Positions 60,385 to 64,000 of a stretch of DNA of 64,000 nucleotides are shown here, piece by piece. The stretch is from the IMG/VR virus record IMGVR_UViG_2519899535_000001, positions 3,526 through 67,525 of that record; one strand, written 5' to 3'. How positions within the stretch are numbered: position 1 is the first letter of the stretch; each line of letters begins with the position of its first letter. The notes under the pieces were generated by a model that did not search any database, was not told where the DNA came from, and was given only the letters and a program-made list of their open reading frames with translations. The DNA comes from a virus. Lineage: Duplodnaviria > Caudoviricetes. The position numbers and the translations under genes were made by a program.

Positions 60385-61662
60385 TCATGCCACCCTGCGC
60401 AACCGGACCACGTTCGCCTCACCATCGCGGCCGGGTGGGGCGCTGTTCTCGCACCCCACCAGGTAGTCGGCCCAGAGTTTCAGGGCCCTGCGGCGCTCCG
60501 GTATTTCCTCCCGCACGTCATAGACCCCCTCCATGCCCTTGAGTGTGTGGTTCAGGGCGATCTCGGAGATTTCGCGCGACACCCCCATGTTCATGAGGTG
60601 GCCCTTGGCCGTGCTGCGCGTGTCGTGGGGGGTGAATTTACGGATGTCCATGTCGCCGCGCTCAAACGCGCGCCGCAGTGCCGCCCAAAGGGTTGTGCGC
60701 CCGATAGGTACATCGCCCAGCTCTTTGGAGCGGTCAGCGCGGCGAGTGGGCAGCACGTACATGGAGTCGCCAGAAAGGGCGATCAGCTCGTGGAACCAGT
60801 CAACGACGACCGGGGCGAGGGGCACCAGGAAGCCGGCGCGGGTTTTGACGGACTCTGCTGGCACCCACCAGGTGCCAGCCTCCAGATCCAGGTGTTCCTT
60901 CTTGGCCTTCACCAGCTCCACCCCGCGCACGCAGGTGGCCAGCAGGATGCGGAAGGCCAGGGCGTTCTCGCGGCCGATGAAGTCGATGCCCGGCAGCAGG
61001 GATTGCAGCTCCTTGTTCTCCAGCATGACGCGCTGGCGTGTCTTGGGGCGAGGACCCTTGAGCGCGGACAGCTTGATGCCGGTGCACGGATTGGCCGCAA
61101 TGAGAGTCAGCCCGCAGGCGTGGTCGAGAACCTTGGAGATAGAGGTGAGCAGCCGCTTTGTCATCAGCCACGTTCGGCCGCTCTCTTTGAGGACTTTCAC
61201 GACATCAATGCTTGTCACCTTGTCCACCTGCCAGGAACCCAGGCGCGGAAGGATCACCTGGTCGATGTCGGCATTGCGGTAGTAGATGGTGTCCTCTGCG
61301 AACACATCCGGGCGGAGCACCTTCTCTCGATAGTCGGCAACCAGCTCGCGCATGGTCCATGCTGCTGCGGTGCGCGACTTGCGCTCCTGCTTTTCGGCCG
61401 CCGGGTCCGCGCCACCGTCGATGGATGCGCGCAGCGCGCGGGCTTTCTCCCGTGCCGCCGCGAGTGTCACGTCCGGGTAGCTGCCGATGGTCAGCTCGCG
61501 CCGCCGCCCGCCCTGCACGCGATACCGGAGCACCCAGGTTGCGGTGCCGCCTTTGGAGAGGGTGAATGTCAGCCCATCGCCATCCGACTTGGCGACCGCC
61601 TCACCTTTTGAGATCCAGCGCTTGATCTGTATGTCGGTGAGCGTGTGACTGATTTTGGGCAT
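60385..61662 (-). CDS. int: Tyrosine integrase with N-terminal arm-binding domain (P4-like)
   Basis: LTDIQIK...SDGDGL...W..RYR..G.RR..TIG.YP..TLA.AR; R, HDTRST, LNH, GVYD catalytic motifs. Confidence 0.95.
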   Translation of the reverse strand: MPKISHTLTDIQIKRWISKGEAVAKSDGDGLTFTLSKGGTATWVLRYRVQGGRRRELTIGSYPDVTLAAAREKARALRASIDGGADPAAEKQERKSRTAAAWTMRELVADYREKVLRPDVFAEDTIYYRNADIDQVILPRLGSWQVDKVTSIDVVKVLKESGRTWLMTKRLLTSISKVLDHACGLTLIAANPCTGIKLSALKGPRPKTRQRVMLENKELQSLLPGIDFIGRENALAFRILLATCVRGVELVKAKKEHLDLEAGTWWVPAESVKTRAGFLVPLAPVVVDWFHELIALSGDSMYVLPTRRADRSKELGDVPIGRTTLWAALRRAFERGDMDIRKFTPHDTRSTAKGHLMNMGVSREISEIALNHTLKGMEGVYDVREEIPERRRALKLWADYLVGCENSAPPGRDGEANVVRLRRVA

Positions 61663-61678
61663 CGGCAGTCCTTTTTTT

Positions 61679-61714
61679 GGGTAGCTAGGAGTGTAGCTAC
61701 CCACCTAGCTACCC
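61679..61714. repeat. TAGCTACCC repeats (arm-type/Xis sites)
   Basis: Direct at 61694 and 61706, inverted at 61679. Confidence 0.6.
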
Positions 61715-61822
61715 GGAGTTGATGCGCCAATGAGAATCAGTGTGCGACAGTGTGAATCAAAAAACCCAATGAAAACAACGGCTTGCGATACTGGCTGAGA
61801 CGTTGTGATCCACTCTGAAACA

Positions 61823-61852
61823 CTAATTGAAATTCCAGGTGGCAATTTGCAT
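61823..61852 (-). pseudogene. xth: 5' remnant of exodeoxyribonuclease III gene (MQIATWNFN*) = probable att junction
   Basis: ATG CAA ATT GCC ACC TGG AAT TTC AAT TAG matches the ExoIII N-terminal IATWNVNS motif, then diverges. Confidence 0.7.
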
Positions 61853-61867
61853 GGTTTTTGGCCGGTA

Positions 61868-61899
61868 GCGCTAGTGGATCAAGCGCTGGCAGCTATCAA
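61868..61899. repeat. Host intergenic palindromic element
   Basis: GCGCT-N9-AGCGC-N5-GCTATCAA. Confidence 0.6.
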
Positions 61900-61931
61900 A
61901 ATGTGAGTAGAAGAGTGATGGGGCTGCGCCG

Positions 61932-62420
61932 TCAGCTGCGGCGCACACGGGTCACAAAGCTGAACGACAGTCCGTTGGTGCTGACATGGTGCTCGCGGGC
62001 GGTTTCTACCCATTCTGCGCCCAGCACGGGGGCATAGGCATCGCCGTCAAAGTCTTGCGCAATCTCCGTCACCTCCACGCAGTCCGCCAGGGGCAGGGCC
62101 TCGGCATAGATCTGCGCGCCACCGATGATCCACACGGTCTTGCCCGTGTCGCAAAGCGCCAGGGCTTCCGCCAGGCTGCCAGCGCGGTGGGCACCCTCGG
62201 CCTGCCAGTCGCCCTGGCGCGTCACCACGATGTTGGTGCGGCCGGGCAGTGGGCGAAAGCGCGGGGGCAGCGAGTCCCAGGTCTTGCGGCCCATGACCAC
62301 CGGGCAGCCCTGCGTGAGCTGCTTGAAGTGCGCCATGTCCTCGGGGATGTGCCAAGGCAGGCGGTTGTCCTTGCCGATGACGCCGTTGGCCGCGCGGGCG
62401 TAAATGAGGTGCAGGGGCAT
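61932..62420 (-). CDS. folA: Dihydrofolate reductase
   Basis: IYARAANGVIGKDNRLPWHIPEDMAHFK..T.G.PVVMGRKTWDSLP..PLPGR.N; IIGGAQIY. Confidence 0.97.
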   Translation of the reverse strand: MPLHLIYARAANGVIGKDNRLPWHIPEDMAHFKQLTQGCPVVMGRKTWDSLPPRFRPLPGRTNIVVTRQGDWQAEGAHRAGSLAEALALCDTGKTVWIIGGAQIYAEALPLADCVEVTEIAQDFDGDAYAPVLGAEWVETAREHHVSTNGLSFSFVTRVRRS

Positions 62421-62452
62421 GGGGCTCGCTCGGTGCTTGAGTGGGGAGGGGA

Positions 62453-63061
62453 TCAGATGTGCAGGAACGCCAGCGCGCCCACGCCCAGGCCCACGGCGGC
62501 CACGCCGTACATGCCGTATTCCAGCCACTTCTTCTTGGTCAGCAGCGCAATGGCAGCCAGGGCAATCGCTACCTGCAGCGCGGTGGTGGCCTGGGCCCAG
62601 CGGTGGTGCTGGTGCATTTGGGCTTCGCTTTGCTGGTCGAACGCGTGGGCGTCGGCCTCCAGCTTCTCGGCCACAGTCTTGATCTCGTTCTTTTCTTTTT
62701 CGTAGCGGTCGATCTTGCCCTGGTACTTGGCCTTTTCGGTCTCGGCGGGGGTCAGGTCACGCGCCAGCTCGGCCAGGCTTTGTTTGGTGCTTTTGGACTG
62801 AAAGTAATTCCACTGGTTGGAGGCCTCGGTCTTCTTGATGGCCGCGTCGTTCTTCATCAGGCCGGCATTGGCCTGCGTGGCGCCGCCCATGTAGGCAAAG
62901 ATGGCGCCTACCGTGGCCACGATGGCCGTGAACATGGCGATCTTGTTGGTGGACGAGCTGCCGCCGTGGTCAGCGCCGTGGTGTGCAGCATCGTGGCCGT
63001 GGGTGGCATGTTCGACCGCGTGGTCATGGGGGCCGTGTACGTGGAATCCGCCGGAAGACAT
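62453..63061 (-). CDS. DUF4337-like membrane protein
   Basis: FHVHGPHD...IAMFTAIVAT...ASNQWNYFQSKSTKQ; three TM segments. Confidence 0.8.
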   Translation of the reverse strand: MSSGGFHVHGPHDHAVEHATHGHDAAHHGADHGGSSSTNKIAMFTAIVATVGAIFAYMGGATQANAGLMKNDAAIKKTEASNQWNYFQSKSTKQSLAELARDLTPAETEKAKYQGKIDRYEKEKNEIKTVAEKLEADAHAFDQQSEAQMHQHHRWAQATTALQVAIALAAIALLTKKKWLEYGMYGVAAVGLGVGALAFLHI

Positions 63062-63130
63062 GGATAGAAACTCGTTGTATTGGTTATGGGGGAAGGCAGG
63101 GCAGGTGCAGCTGGCGCACCGGGGCGGTGA

Positions 63131-64000
63131 TCAGACCGCCACTGGCGCCTTGATGGCCGGGTGGCACTGGTAGTCCAGCACCTCAAAGTCTTCGTACTCG
63201 TAGTCGAAGATGCTGTCCGGCTTGCGCTTGATGTTCAGCACGGGGTAGGGGTAGGGCGTGCGTGCCAGCTGCGTCTGCACCTGTTCGTGGTGGTTGCTGT
63301 AGATGTGGCAGTCGCCGCCCGTCCAGATGAAGTCGCCCACGTCCAGGTCGCATTGCTGGGCCACCATGTGGGTCAGCAGCGCGTAGCTGGCGATGTTGAA
63401 GGGCACGCCCAGAAAGATGTCGGCACTGCGCTGGTACAGCTGGCAGCTCAGCGTGCCACGCCCGCCTGACGCTTGCGCCGGGGCCACGTAGAACTGGAAG
63501 AACGCGTGGCAGGGCATCAGCGCCATCTTGTGCAGTTCGGCCACGTTCCAGGCGCTGACGATGATGCGGCGCGAGTCGGGATTGGTTTTCAATGTCTTGA
63601 TGACGTCGCTGATCTGGTCGATGTGCCCGCCGTCTGGTGTGGGCCAGCTGCGCCACTGCACGCCATACACGGGGCCCAGGTCGCCGTCCTCGCGTGCCCA
63701 TTCGTCCCAGATGGTCACGCCGCGCTCTTTCAGCCAGTTGTTGTTGCTGGAGCCGGTCAGGAACCACAACAGCTCCTGGATGATGGACTTGAGGTGCACC
63801 TTCTTGGTCGTGACCAGCGGAAAACCTTCCTTCAGGTCAAACCGCATCTGGTGGCCGAAAACGCTCTTGGTGCCGGTGCCCGTGCGGTCCGACTTGTCCA
63901 CGCCGTGCGTGAACACATGGCGCATGAAGTCTTCGTATTGGGAGCGCACAGGGCGGGTGGGCAAGGCAGGGGCTGCCGGGGCGGCAGAAGGCTGGGTCAT
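63131..64000 (-). CDS. thyA: Thymidylate synthase (start at window edge uncertain)
   Basis: [38 protein letters not shown]. Confidence 0.97.
   Translation of the reverse strand: MTQPSAAPAAPALPTRPVRSQYEDFMRHVFTHGVDKSDRTGTGTKSVFGHQMRFDLKEGFPLVTTKKVHLKSIIQELLWFLTGSSNNNWLKERGVTIWDEWAREDGDLGPVYGVQWRSWPTPDGGHIDQISDVIKTLKTNPDSRRIIVSAWNVAELHKMALMPCHAFFQFYVAPAQASGGRGTLSCQLYQRSADIFLGVPFNIASYALLTHMVAQQCDLDVGDFIWTGGDCHIYSNHHEQVQTQLARTPYPYPVLNIKRKPDSIFDYEYEDFEVLDYQCHPAIKAPVAV

Larger units (their letters stand above)
1..61835. mobile_element. Temperate prophage (lambdoid control region + podovirus-type virion module); left end outside window
   Basis: Contiguous cI/cro, replication, terminase, portal, capsid, lysis and integrase genes; junction with host genes near 61.83 kb. 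Confidence 0.95.

Noticed and set aside
61700-61930. tRNA at the att site
   Set aside because: No cloverleaf, T-loop or CCA; xth remnant found instead
61932-64000. thyA/folA as phage auxiliary metabolic genes
   Set aside because: Outside the att junction; ordinary host thyA-folA cluster

Overview
About 61.8 kb of this GC-rich window is one temperate prophage, probably in a Burkholderiales/Comamonadaceae host (inference). The prophage's left end lies outside the window. From left to right it carries: (1) a long leftward early operon (ERF-type annealing protein, exonuclease, DUF2303/YfdQ pair, KTSC, J-domain protein and many small ORFs) punctuated by near-identical terminators; (2) a ~700-nt non-coding PL leader; (3) a five-gene accessory cassette in the lambda rexAB position; (4) a cI/cro switch with readable operators and promoters; (5) an O/P-like replication module with iterons and a nin-like region; (6) a podovirus-type virion module (terminase, portal, DUF4043-type capsid, no tape measure); (7) a ~4,560-aa DarB-like polyvalent protein; (8) a holin/SAR-endolysin/spanin lysis cassette; (9) two probable multi-domain anti-defence 'sponge' genes; and (10) a P4-type integrase. 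The right junction falls inside the first codons of what looks like the host xth gene (MQIATWN...). Host folA, a DUF4337-like gene and thyA follow. The least expected signals are: genes nested in the +1 frame inside the giant protein (one of 99 aa with its own RBS); an exactly spaced late-promoter motif (ATAGGG-N24-RANMMT) found six times, three of them giving apparently leaderless mRNAs; a hidden 26-aa lipoprotein in the lysis cassette; the sponge pair; the rex-position cassette; and integration into xth. Family assignments come from recognising motifs by eye. No database searches were run.
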